Part shown: piece after piece, positions 37,703 to 51,880 of the stretch
How positions within the stretch are numbered: the stretch's first letter is position 1
Layout of the letters: every line of letters starts with the position of its first letter
DNA from: Octopus sinensis
Taxonomy: Eukaryota
Direction: 5' to 3'
NCBI RefSeq assembly: GCF_006345805.1
Contig: NC_042998.1
Coordinates: forward strand, 4,526,001 to 4,590,000
DNA length: 64,000 nucleotides
Notes under the pieces: model-generated
Databases searched by the model: none
Told to the model about the DNA's origin: nothing
Seen by the model: only the letters and a program-made list of their open reading frames with translations
Program-made: the position numbers and the translations under genes

Positions 37703-39790
37703 TTCAGTAGTTTTATTTTTATAGCGTGCTTTCACTTCACTACCGAGCGCAGCTCTGTGTGCCTTGGGTATGTGCTGTGATTTGTTGTGATGCTCTGATC
37801 GTTATTGTATGGAAAGTGTTCTGCGTAGGATGTGTGCAGTGCCTAGTAGTGCAATTTTCTGTACGTTATATGTGTTTGTAAGTCCTGGTGTTTTTGTTAT
37901 GTATTTGTCTGAATATTTTTTTATCATGCCTAATGCACCTACTATGATAGGAATTGTTTCTGTTTTCAGGTTCCACATTCTAGTTACCTCTATTTCCAGG
38001 TCTTTGTATTTTGAGAGTTTCTCCATTTGTTTTAGAGACACGTTGTCATCTGCCGGTATTGATACATCAATTAGAAAGCATTTTTTTTCTTCATGATCTC
38101 TGACAACTATAACTGGTCTGTTGGCCTTAATTTCTCTATCTGTGTGTATCGGCATATCCCAGAGTATGGTTGCTTTCTCGTTTTCTGTGACATTTTCTGG
38201 TGTGTGCCTATACCATCTTTTTTCTGTTGTTATTCCAAAATGTTGGCATAGCTTCCAATGTATGTAGGTTCCAACTCTGTCATGTCTGTGAATATATTCC
38301 TTCTTAGCCAGGACTGGGCAGCTAGAGATAATATGATTTATTGTTTCTTGTACATCTCCACATATTCTGCAGTTACTTGTAATATTTCTTTTCATTACAT
38401 GTTTTTGGTAATTTCTGGTGGGGAGGCTTTGGTCTTGTGCTTCTCAACCATTGCTGGGATTTTTCTTTGTCTATTTCTTTTGCGTTTAGTTTAGTGCAGT
38501 ATTTACCATGAAGGGGTTTTTCTTGCCATCGTTTTATCATGGCTCGTTGCTGTTCTATTTTTAGTTTGGATTTCATTTGTTTTATAGCTTATGTTGTTTC
38601 TTCATCATCTTCTTCTTCTTCTTTGTGTTTATTAGGTGGTATGATTTCTTGTTTGTATTTGTCAGCTTCCTTAAATACTGAGAACAGTTTTTTGTTTTGC
38701 TCGTGTTTTGCTGCTATCTGGATCAGTTTTCCTTCCTTCTGAAGTAGGTATTATTGCAGTCCTATGGTGGTTATTTTATAGTAGTTTTCCAGCTGTATAA
38801 GGCCTCTACCACCTTCTATACGTTGTATATATAGTCTTTCTATGTCAGATTTTGGGTGATGCATCCTAGATCCTGTCAGTATTTTTCTTGTTTTCCTATC
38901 TATTTTGGACAGTTCATTTCGTGTCCAGTTAAGGATATTGTAGCTGTAACTTATAACTGGGACAGCTAAAGTGTTGATACCTATTATCTTGTTTTTAGCA
39001 TTGAGCTCTGTTTTTAGTATTGATCTAACTCGTCTATAATATTCTTTTTTTATTTTCTCTTTCATTTGTGTGTGTTGTGTCTTATCTAGTTCATGGATTC
39101 CGAAGTATTTGTAAGTTTGGCTTTGGTCTAATTCTTTTATTTCATTGGTTTTATCTAGTGTGATGTTGTTACTCTTAACTAGTTTTCCTCTTTTCATGTT
39201 TACTTTGGCGCATTTTTCTAATCCAAAATTTCATATCTATTTCTTTGGTAAATCCATGAACTGTCTTTAATAGTGTTTCCAGCTGTTTGTCATTTGCAGC
39301 GTATAGTTTTAGGTCATCCATATATAAAGGTGGCTGCTCGTTTTGCCGTAACATTTATATCCGCATCCAGTTCTATTTAGCATATCAAATAGAGGTGACA
39401 GTGCCAAGCAGAAAAGCAGTGGAGAGAGCGTGTCTCCCTGGAATATTCCTCTTCTAATGGGGATGTCTTTGGTTTTCATGAGTCCCTCTTTTGTTTGGAG
39501 GTGTAGGACTGTTTGCCATTTATTCATAGAGTGCTCTATGAATTTTATGATTGTTGGTGCTACTTTGTTAATGGCTAGTGTTTCGAGGATCCATGTGTGG
39601 GGGATGCTATCAAACGCCTTTTTGTAGTCAATCCAGGCCATACTGAGGCCTTTCTTCTTTCTGTGGCTGTCTTCAGTTACGGCTTTATTAATCATTAGTT
39701 GATCTTTACAGCCATATGAGCCCTTGCGGCATCCTTTCTGCTCTTCTGGGAACAGTTTGTTTTCGTCCAGGTGCTTGTTCAGCCAGGTGC
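37703..39790 (-). mobile_element. R4/Dong copy 2, 5'-truncated inside RT, with small internal deletions; (ATT)n on both sides
   Basis: ORFs 39309-39790, 38751-39197, 38373-38576 and 37802-38395 (CCHC, RHD, LIDVSIP..EKLSKYKDL). Highly similar to copy 1; (ATT)n at 37628-37705 and 39792-39882. Confidence 0.92.
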
Positions 39791-39817
39791 TTATTATTAT
39801 TATTATTATTATTATTA

Positions 39818-39883
<66 letters not shown>

Positions 39884-40364
39884 GTGACGGGACGGCAGAA
39901 TCCTTAGCATGCAGAAGAAAATGTTTTGCGGCGTTTCTTCGCATTTACATTCTGAATTCACTTTCTTTGGTAAAGATTCCTAAAACACACACAAATGCAT
40001 ACACATGCACACACAAACGCACAGACACATACGCTCACGCACACAAACACACACATACACACAAAAATGTGAGCGCGCGCACACATACATATATTTATAT
40101 ATAAATGCACCTTGTCATTCCATCATGGCAACAGTCTGCTGACTGAAACAAGTAAAAGATAAAAGATATATGTATATATATATTATAGTTATATAATTAA
40201 TATATATATATATATTATATATATATAATATATATATATATATTTAAAATTTATAAGTTTAATTTATTAATTTAAATAATTTTCTTAATTTTAACTTTAA
40301 TTTAAATATTTTAATTTGGAATTTTATATTTTATATTTTATATCTTTTATATATTTTTAATTAG

Positions 40365-40419
40365 TTTTCACTGTTTGATTTGCCTAATGGTGGTTTTATC
40401 TCTAATTTAATATAATATA

Positions 40420-40489
<70 letters not shown>

Positions 40490-41327
40490 ATATGTATCTA
40501 TAAAGCCTTGTATGCGTCACAATGTATATACACTGTCGAGAGGCTAGTTACTGCAGTACATGCCTTAATATAACTTCTGTAGAATTGCTAAAAGGCATCA
40601 TTCGTGTCTGGTCAGCTACAACGCTGGATGCAGTTCGGCGTTTGTAACTTTTTCAATAGCGACAAAAACTAGCCAGATATTCTCTGGTGTTGCGAGTAGA
40701 CGTTCGCTGAAATTTATAAAGTTGCACGTTTCATGTTTATGAAATTGCACAATTTCATATTAGATTCATTAGTGTACGTATTAACTTTAGCTCACGTGAT
40801 ACAACGATGTCGAAATACCGGATGTCACCAAGGCAGCTTACGCTAATGATCTGAGTGCGTGAAAAACACACATTCGTCTGAAGGGAGAAGTTAGCCTCTA
40901 CTGACGAAACACAACAGCGACCAGCATATTCACGCGCGAATGAATATACATCTTTTATAGATATGTAAGTATGCATGCATATATATGTACGTATATAAAT
41001 ATACACACATTCACACACACATGTATTTGGTAAAAATTATAGAAAAAATACGAAGACGAGGTAAATTAAGGAACAAGCAGTGTGTATTAGGTTGACGGTG
41101 AGGAAAATCGGAAGAGCTGCATATCGACAAGCACATAGGCTTTTCTAGGGGAAAATAGATGAGGAGTGAAAAGATCGAGAGGAAGGAACGACTCTGAATT
41201 GCAGGCTCAACGCGCGTGCGCATACACACACGTATATATATAGGTGTTTGTGTGTTAATGTATATATATATATATATTATATTAAATTAGAGATAAAACC
41301 ACTATTAGGCAAATCAAACAATGAAAA
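40365..41327. repeat. 55-bp inverted repeats (40365-40419 / 41273-41327), each abutting a TA tract on its inner side
   Basis: Reverse-complement match with two mismatches in 55 bp. Confidence 0.8.
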
Positions 41328-41509
41328 ACATAACCCAATACGTAAAATTAATTAATTTATATTATTTTAAATATATATCAAAAGTATTAAAAGTTTAATA
41401 AAAGATAAAGAGTAAAGCACTACGATCGTTTCATATATATATACATAAACACATATAGCTATGTGTTTATGTGTATGTATATACATATATACACATACAT
41501 GTGTGTGTA

Positions 41510-41542
<33 letters not shown>

Positions 41543-42516
41543 GTATATATACATATGTATTTGTATATATACATACATACATATATACATGCATTAATGC
41601 ATGGATCCCTATTGCGTGTGTGGCTATGTATGCAGTTATAGAAAATAGAAAGCGATAGGAAAACACCCACACATGTGTACGTAAACGTGTGTGGTGTAAT
41701 GAAACGAAGAATTTTGATACATATACGTATTTAAAAAAAGGAAATTATGAAGAATGGCAAAGAAGCGTGCTCGTAGGGGTGAATGAAGTGAAGAGTGATT
41801 ATTGTACAAGAAAAATATAAATGAGATATCTAAGAAAATAATGAATACGCTGTTTGAGTACAAGTAAGATGGGGCTGGTAGGAAGTATAAGGAAACGGGA
41901 TGACTTAGGATAATATAAAGAAACAAAATAGAAATTTATCCACGACTCAGCAAGTACAAATGAAAAGAGCTGAAAATTAATAAAGCATGCGAAAGAGATT
42001 GATTAGTGACGCTGTGTATTAATTTTTGTTCAAATTTCGCCGTACAACAAACATGATTATTACAGCAGGGTTCATTTGGTATGTTACAGAACTTTCCTTT
42101 TTGTACAGGTACAAAATTAACTTTGAAAATATATATCTTCAATAGTAAGTATATTTCTCATAAATTGACCCTGAAGCTATTTTAGCGAAGTAGATTTATT
42201 AAATGAAAAATATTTCTTTTTCTGTACGTCTATATTACCGTTTTGAATTTTCATACAGGTCCATTAAATGCATATTCCTTTAGCTTAAAAAGTGGATCCT
42301 ATTACTGACAAGAAATTTATTCAATTCAAAAGTATTGATATATAACAAAATGTGAAGCTAAAAAAAAACCCGAAGAAAGAAAATTTGGATGATGAACAAA
42401 AATGACATTTTCAGCATATTAAAAACAGTAAAGTAATGCTTTTAAAATAACTTTCATATACAGTTATACATATACAGGCCAGCCTGCATATATATATAAA
42501 TACATACATACATACA

Positions 42517-42550
<34 letters not shown>

Positions 42551-42596
42551 AAAACATACATACATACATATATACAAGCATACATTCATACATACA

Positions 42597-42630
<34 letters not shown>

Positions 42631-42635
42631 CATAT

Positions 42636-42727
<92 letters not shown>

Positions 42728-42915
42728 CTATATTGTCGTCATGGACGCAATTACACTCACATGCAAATACATAGTTACCAACGAGTCTAATATAATATAC
42801 TGAAAATTATTAAAGACAGAACTGAATCCACTACACTGTCTGATATTTATTAAAGTTTTGATGCCTGTGGGTTGTAAGGCTCATCATTCAAATGTGTTTA
42901 TATACGTACACACAC

Positions 42916-43001
<86 letters not shown>

Positions 43002-43016
43002 CATATATATATATAC

Positions 43017-43070
<54 letters not shown>

Positions 43071-43074
43071 GTAG

Positions 43075-43765
43075 GCATGTATGTATGGAGGATCTTGTGA
43101 AAGTAACGCTGCTCTGCGATGCCATTCCTTCTGCCTGCATCAGCGTTTTGGAATATATGAGGCCTAATTCTTTGATTCAAAGCTATAGCACCCCAAACCA
43201 CGATGCCTCGCCCCCCACGCGTCTCTCACTATGAAACATGCATTTCTGTAGCGATCACCCCTCCTCACTCTCCCATACGAAGTGGAAACGCAGTACTGGC
43301 TCTCATCAGAGAAGGCTTTCGACCTCCATTGTTGATGCCACCAATGTTGGTGTTGTGTAGCCCACTGTAGTCGCGCATGACGGTGGCGCGCAATGAGGAT
43401 AGGCGCTTGAGCAGGACGAAGGCTACGCAGGTTGTTGGCGGCCAGTTGATGTCGTACCTTGTCGCTGATGGGTCTCATGAGCTTTCACCCTGGCCGGTCT
43501 GAAGCGATCACAAAGGTGTTGCAGATGGATGAAACGATCCTTCCTGGGCGTAGTCAACCAGGTACGCCCTCTGCTGGTACCCTCTGTGCGTACGGCCTGC
43601 AGTGCTGTTGGTGTTGTTGTATTGCTGTTGCAGGCGACTGATGGTGCAGACACGGACATTGTAAGCTTTCGCAACAACCAGGGCACGCTGCCTTGCTTGC
43701 AATCGGCCGACAGCTTGTTCTCTCTGCGCTGCCGAAAATCGGATCAAACCTGATGCGTCCAATTT
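43075..43765 (-). mobile_element. Tc1-family transposase remnant
   Basis: AAQREQAVGRLQA...VAKAYNV..TISRL; TTPRKDRFIHLQHLCDRFRPA; LRSLRP..PIL..RHRHARLQWA..W..QWR...FSDES. TIRs not identified. Confidence 0.85.
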
Positions 43766-43771
43766 ATGAAT

Positions 43772-45450
43772 TTGTTCTTTACTAACCACGCAGGGTCGAA
43801 ATACAGAGGGGACAATACGAAGACAGACAAAAACACAAGGGGTGGGAAAAAACCGAATGAAAAACAATGAAATATGAAAAACTGAAAGGTGAAATGACAG
43901 CTGCTCAAGTTCCACATCCCAAGTGGCCTCATTGAAACTCTTTTATTTTCAAAAATGGTTTATAATTTGAGTCTCTTTTTCACTTTTTGTAAAGCATTTT
44001 TAAAAAGAAACAGTCAATGCATGACCTCCAGTTTATTCAATACAGTGTAGTCAATGATTGGAGGTACCAAATCAATCACTACTTCCACACCGTCTCTCTC
44101 AACACACGGTGGCTTTTCCCACTGATGAATACACATTTCACATGTGGAGGAAACTCACCGACAGGCGTGTTCACCCTCTTCATATATTTTTTCTGTCTCT
44201 TGCCTTTATAACGTACATAAATACGAATGCCATTTTGGGGGAGGATGTTTGTATGCTTGTATAAGTGTAGGGGCAGGGTTGTGGTCATTGACTGGTGGGG
44301 CAGGACGAGAGCTGGTGTCTGCGGGGTTAGGTTGGAAAAGAGTGGGGTAGGGTAGAGGAAGAGTGGGGGTAGAGTGGGGGGGGCACTAGTATTAGTGGAG
44401 TGGGACTTCCTCTTTTTCCTCTTTCTCTTGGCAACCGTCGACCATTCGTTCTCTTTTGATTTGTCTTCTTCTGATTGTCTTCTTTTGATTGTCTTCTTTT
44501 CCTCCGCACTTGTCTTTGCAGGCGGCGGATGAGCGATTTCCTTCACCACTGGTGGGATCACTGTTGCTTTTATGGGGGGTGGATGGCATTCTACCCTTAT
44601 GTGGCACTTCTGCCCTTATGTGGCACTTCTGAATACACTTGAAACAGCGAGGGCTCCTGCCCACTACCACAGCTCTTCACCTTTTTTCCTCTCACCAAAA
44701 TGGTGTCTGCGATGCTATCTAGATCCACTGGGGCAGCCTGGACAGTCATTTCCAGTATCTGCCCAGCCAATTCTTAGTTGGTATTTTTGTTGCTTGGATG
44801 ATTGATATCTTTCCTCAAAGTCTAATGCTATGGCTGCCACCAGCCAGGCAATGTCTACCTCCGGTGTGATTTCCTCCACCCTTACCTTGGAAGCTCGCCT
44901 TCCAAGGAAAGTTGATAATAATATTATCTCGTCTGTCTACAGGGCGGCTGGGGAGTAATGCCTGGCCCTTTCCTCTGTGTGAAAACGTACCTCAACTGTC
45001 GCATATTTGTTGCCCCTGATCAAGAACTTGATTTCAGGCCACATGGATCCCAAGCACTTTTCAATTTGATCCCTCTTTGCCACGTCGATATTTTGCTCCT
45101 TTATCAAATATGACTTGTGCATCACTATTTTTTCCAGCACATATTGGGACACTTCATTAGGATGGGTCAGTTCAAGTACATACCCCTCCTTCTTCAATGT
45201 GTTTTTATACCTTTTCACATCCTGCCACTTCGAGGTTATATCCTCCTTCACAGCGCCTGTCGTAGCCGCAACACTTTTTACGCTTTTTTCGTTTTTCTCT
45301 CCATTTCCATCTCCTCCTCCATATTAATCATAGACTCCACCATTTCACTTTCTGACGAATCAGAAAGACTTGACCTTTCATAACTGAAATCCATTTTCAC
45401 CAACAAGCGTTTCCCTCCACCCGCTCAAAACAAGAGGAAAATGATAACAG
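43772..45450 (-). mobile_element. ORF1-only Tx1-related element (half-Tx1, HAL1-like), decayed copy
   Basis: ATG at 45394. ORF1 pieces are homologous to the Tx1 ORF1 (ATVEVRFHTEE, FLGRRASKV..WLVAAI; CFKCIQKCHIRVEC after removing a 19-nt duplication; EWSTVAKRKRK; PHVKCVFISGKSHRVLR). Stop at 44079, then ~300 bp UTR and a Tx1-type tail at 43772-43830. No ORF2 sequence is present. Confidence 0.75.
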
Positions 45451-45869
45451 GACCACCGCAAAGCAATAAAATAATGGTGTATTAAACACACAGAATAACA
45501 ATATTCAACAAGTCAACAACCTTGATATAATAAGCAAAAAATCGACACTGACCTTAAATGACGACACTAACTCTTGGCGGACAAATTCCGAATGCCAGGA
45601 ATTGATTTCTATACCCACATCATCCACGAGGCGCACGTGCATTTCGGTATTCATGAAAATTGTTTGCGACTGCTACCCACGGCATTCATCTCAGCTACAT
45701 TTTGGGGTCTCGTTTCAGGGAAAGTTGAAAGGTTACCTGCAATTTCGGTCTCAGCCACAAACGAGCATATCTTGGAATATATACACTTACTTACCCGAAA
45801 TCAATTTTCAGATTTTACCATATAAAAATAACATTTGAAAATATTGCATTCCTTTTGCGTTTCAGTGTA

Positions 45870-45911
<42 letters not shown>

Positions 45912-45928
45912 TGTATTTATATATATAA

Positions 45929-46010
<82 letters not shown>

Positions 46011-47139
46011 TGTATATATATATTAAATGCGAATTATATGTAAATTGAAGGAAAATATTCAGTATCTCGAACTCCACATGTACTTCCTTATGCCTAAGTG
46101 GAAACCATACGTAGACCACGCATTGTGGTCTAGGTTTCAGTTTTATTCGAATTCAGAATTTTGTGTCTGTCAGATCACCTATAAAAATCTAAATAAAACG
46201 TGGCAGTTTGTTTACAAAATGTTTACGTACATCAACTTAGGCGCATTTTGTGATAGATCAATGTATTCTACTTGTAGAATACATTGAAAATCAGCTGCAC
46301 AGCAAATCAGTGCCTTTATCACCTCAACATCTCTATCTACAAGTTGCAAGGTTGTGTCAGTTTTCATAATCAAAATAAATCAATATTTGATTTTACTATG
46401 CAGAGATGGCTGACAGAGATAATAGACTATTGGAATGGAAGAGATTTAATCACTTCTTACTCTATAATCTGTGAAACAGATAGGTTTCAAATGTGAAATT
46501 CCTCCAGTAGCCCTTAGGAGCACTTAAGGTTCAGTTCGTAGCATTAGTTTTACGGTATTAAGCAGATGAGAAATGAATCTTCTCACTAAACATGATGGCG
46601 TTCCATTGTAATTAACATTTAGAGATCTAGTATCGTGTCTTGTCAGTTAGATAAATGAAATATCTCAAATTAAATATACGTCTAAGTACACAATGGAACA
46701 TAGCTTTCGATTTGAATTGAGTTTGCTTGAATCGATTGCCAATTGCCCTATTCATTAGAACAGACGCTTTCCTGTCTTTTACAATAAAGTACGCAGTTTT
46801 GAGCAATATTTGCAAATTTCAGTTTTCGCAGTACTTTTATTTATTGAGTGATTTCTTAAAAATAGGTAAATTCTACATTACAAGACGTCGTAAAACTTAT
46901 TCATGACTACAATATTATAAAATTAAAGCTAGAAGTATTGTAAGCAATACTTTCTCCTGAAAACATCCTTTGAAATAAAAATGATATTTTGTAAACAAGT
47001 CATTGCTTACATAAGGCCTTATTGCTAATCGAAGTGCAATGGATTAATTCACTTCCATGAAGACAAGAAATTTCTCAAAGCATTTTGCGCAGGTGCTATG
47101 TATTCTACTAGTTGGCCGTCTTTTTAATACTATTCAATT

Positions 47140-47510
47140 CAAATTTTATTGGCTCAAAAAGCAAAAGCAAGACCATGTAGGGGGGCAGGGAGTTATGTAT
47201 ATGGAGGGTGGTCATACAAAGAGTTCAGGCCATTTCTGGTCAAGAGAGACTTTGAACCGAGCGGTCGTCGGCATCTTCACTATCTCGTCCGGCAGCTTAT
47301 TCCACGGATCCGCAACCCGGACGGAGAAAGCCCCTCTTTTTCGATTGAGATGAAATCGTCAGAGCTTTTCGGAGTGACCCCGCAGCCTACGCTCGGGAGC
47401 AGGAGTGAAGAACAGCTCTTTCGAGAGGTTACACTTTCCGCTTATGATGTTGTGAGCGAGAATGAGATCACCACGTCGTCGTTTTTCGAGAGAATGAGAG
47501 TGCATTTTTA
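47140..47510 (-). mobile_element. CR1-clade LINE 3' end
   Basis: LEKRRRGDLILAHNII..FF....LRGHSEKL..FSVRVADPWNKLPDEIV...FKVSLD..W, then a short UTR with AATAAA. Confidence 0.8.
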
Positions 47511-47569
47511 GTCAGATAGAATTTATGGTGTTAATATACAATCTTTTTATTACTTAATATGTTTATCCA

Positions 47570-48125
47570 CTGAGGTTGACTTTGCCCATAATCCTTTCTG
47601 GGTCGATAGAATAAATACTGGTTGAGTACTGGGGACGATGTAATCCACTTACCTTAGTGCCTTGTGCCAAAGTTTGTGCCTGGGGTTGTGACAAAATTTA
47701 AAATCATTATTTAATATGTTAATATTTCTTTTATAAATATTGAGCAGTTTAAGGCGGTGAGATGGCCGAATCGTTAGAGCACCGGGCAAAATGCTTAGCT
47801 GTATTTTCGTTAGTCTTTACGTTCTGAGTTCAAATTCCATCGAGGTCGACTTTGTTTTTCATCCTCTCGAGTTCGATAAAGTACTAGTTAAACACTGGAT
47901 GGAGTAGTTGTAATCGACTTACACATCTAGCGAAATCGGTGGCCTTCTGCCAAATTTCGAAGCCATAATAAGTAGTTGCCAGACGGTGGACACGCCGAAT
48001 TGGTAGCTCGCTGGGTAAAATGTTTAACAGCTCTTCGCCCGCCTTTGACGTTCTTGGTTCAAATTCTGCTGATGTCAGCTTTGCCTTTCATCCGTTCAAA
48101 GTCGATAAAGTACCAGTTGAAACCA
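47570..48125 (+). mobile_element. Cluster of three decayed SINE copies (21564 family)
   Basis: Heads and bodies at ~47570, ~47752 and ~47980. Confidence 0.7.
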
Positions 48126-49172
48126 GTATTACATAGTTTCAGTCGTTAAGGATTGGTAAAAGTCGGTATAGCACTGATTGAAATATCTTTAAGTAATTTT
48201 ATGCTTCTCTGCATTCTGATTTCGAAAATGTTTCACAAACTCCATCTTGCACTTCATGCATAAGATAATATAAATATTCAGAATCCATATTGGTCGACTG
48301 TACCCTTCTAATATGTGATCATATGCATTTTTTCGTTCGAATACTGTGAGAGGTATACAAAGGATTCAGTTTAATAATTTTAGTATGAATCTTCGTTATT
48401 ATTATTTCTATACCCAATTTCCATAGTAACGAAGGTTTGATTCGTGTTAAATATAACACAGCACGAAACAGCTTCTTCGTTATAATGCATACCAATCAAA
48501 TATCGTATCCCTTCCACTTCAATCTTCTGCATGTGTTGGACGGACTGATGCATTAAACAAACAAGCACACATTCCTAACGCAATTGCGCTTTCCATTTCA
48601 TACACATTAATAATATATCTGTGCTTTGAGTGAAAGCAAAATATCGCTTTTGAAAAAAAGTGAATAATCAGCCAATAAGATACAGAAAATTTTATATCGT
48701 CATCTGTGTGTAGTATAAAATATTGCAAGCAAGCAATAATTTATGCTACATACAATTTAGATTTCTAACCCTTCCCAAAATTATCATGGTTTACTTGTAA
48801 AATATAAGTGAAGCATATAATATAGTTTTATGGACTTACATAATATGTTTATGGTTTTCTTGTGGAGATCAATGGTTTGTACACAAATATTCAATATAAA
48901 ATACTTAACAGGCATCTCTCACCATTTCTAATAATTTATATAGCGATGTCAAAAACATTTTTAGAATCATATTTGTAACATCGCAAGCATGCAATCCAAG
49001 ACCCCAAAAGAGTGATAGAGTATGATTCCATTTTCGTGTGACATGTGTGCCGTCATGTATGTATGTGTGTGTATATGTGTGTGTGTGTACACACAGACAC
49101 ACACACACACACACACATATATATATTTATAGACCTGTCTATGTATATGCATGCACACACATATGTATATAT

Positions 49173-49248
<76 letters not shown>

Positions 49249-50069
49249 GAGAGTGACAGCGAAAGAGAGAGAGAGAGAGAGAGAGACTGAGAGAGGAGTG
49301 GAAAGTGAAAGAGGCATAGATTGAAAGACAGAAAATCATGATACTTCTCTTGAAGCACGAGCGACTCGGAAACATTTTTGATCTTGGGGGAAAAAAAAAC
49401 ATTCTTTTCCCGAATAAACCATTCCAATAAAATATCTCTAGACAGCATAATTATTCAAGATGTCAATGGACACTAATCTCTCTTGACATTTCGAAAGTCT
49501 CGACATAACACAAAATGATTCTTTGAATTATTATCGCTCAAGTCTTTTCGAAAACTAATATATGTCCCTTGCCTCAGTTCTGAGAGTATATATTTTGCAG
49601 CATGACACCTGATCATCTTTAGAGAGACGCTGCTGCAGTTATTTTATTATCTTCCCGTGACATTTGTGTCCAACATGCTTATATATATATATATATATTC
49701 CCAAGTGCTTAGCTTTTCTTAGTTTTGTTTAATCCATCTATATTTTTCCAATACAATTTAGGACTACTGAAGTCTTAATTCATTTTTTATAGCCTTCATC
49801 AATTTTCTGTCATTGTTAGTGTAAATATTAGTTGGCACACATCAACTCATCATGCATTTATGTAAGTTGATGCGAAAGCAATAATGATCCAACACATGTA
49901 TTTCCAGTGGCGATGATGAAATTTAAAGAGCATGTAAAAACAGACATATTCCAAATTGTATATTTCTCCTTTGAGCTGTAGAAACTAAGACTATCTGTGA
50001 AGATAAGTATATATATAAGAATATGTGCGTGTGTTTGTGTGTGTGTGTATTTCAGAATCTCATCCTCTT

Positions 50070-50360
50070 CGACCACTTATTTATGGAAGGGTGGCACAGG
50101 CAGAGTTGGTAGAACACCTTCAATCGGGCCCGTCAGAAGCAATTCTCTTCAGTTGATTCCGTTGGGTGCCCAAGCGGGTCCAACCGAGTTCATGGATTTT
50201 GTCAAGCCCTCTTGCTCGTGGACTAATCTTGGGTTTTCTGCCGGCTGGTTGTTTCCCCGTAAAACCCGTGCAGCGATTTTATCTTGTGGTATTCTCACCA
50301 TGTCCGTAGTACCTCAGACTATTGAAAAGGTTGCCAGACGCAACGATCATTTTAGGAAAA
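50070..50360 (-). mobile_element. Decayed RTE-type LINE C-terminus
   Basis: LRYYGH..RIPQDKIAARVL.. followed by frameshifted GWTRLG..IASD pieces resembling LRWxGHVxR..AxDRxxW. Confidence 0.55.
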
Positions 50361-51344
50361 CAAAAATAAGAAATAAGTGAAAATTCTACCGGAGAGTGTG
50401 TTACATTATAAGGCACAAAAAGAAAATGACTCTCTCCAGACACAACAGAATATGCTTCAACACACGAACTCATATAAATAATCTTGCAAACCAAATCCAA
50501 AAACGAAATATATATATACATGTATAAATATACACACACTAAAAATCGGTGCTCCAGCATGGCCGTAGTGAAATTACTGAAACAAGTATAAGAATATATA
50601 TGAGTAGGTGTGTATTTATCAATTTATCCATTTATCTATATATGTGCATATGACACGTTTGTTGGAAGAGGGAATATTCGATAGTTTATATATTTGCAAA
50701 GAAAGTCTTTTTCTATTTCAAAAAACAATGCTGTTTTAGCTTTGCTATATTTGTGAGTTTGTGAATTATTTACAAATTTGAATACGTATTAAGAGAACTA
50801 TTATTGCCTAATAAGCGTTGATATATTGACTCAAGAAGACAATTGGAAATATTTATTTGTATATATTTAAAAAAATATATATAGCTAGTTTATAGATTCG
50901 ATTGTTTCGAACTTCAATTATTTATTCAAGTGTAAGATATTTGTATAATAAATGTGGGTATATTGACTTAAAATTGCTTATTTTATGTAGAGCTAATGTA
51001 ACCCTACAAAAAACATCCACCGCAAAGATAACGTAAAATAAAATGAACGAGAAAAGAAAAGAAAACAAGATGCAAAAGTCCATCACATGGCTATAATAAA
51101 TATACTTAATTTTCAGGCGGTTATTTATTTCTATAATGCTTGTGCTAATCACATCCTTCTCCCCAACATAAATTTTATTGTCAGAGTATGTGAATTAGAC
51201 GTGGTTTCAAATATACGTTGTAGATAAAAAAAATGTAATTTCTGAAACTGCAGAAAATTCCCTTCCTCCACAGAACACATCTATATGTAAGTATAATTAT
51301 GGACACACATTTACACGTATATATGTATGTATATATGCATCTAT

Positions 51345-51880
<536 letters not shown>

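Noticed and set aside
45560-45830. CpG-containing segment with two open + frames and a strong minus-strand donor
   Set aside because: No recognisable product; candidate minus-strand exon frames are all closed.
47325-47365. Minus-strand CTGACGA...GAAA
   Set aside because: Lies in CR1 coding remnant; no NUH/stem III geometry.
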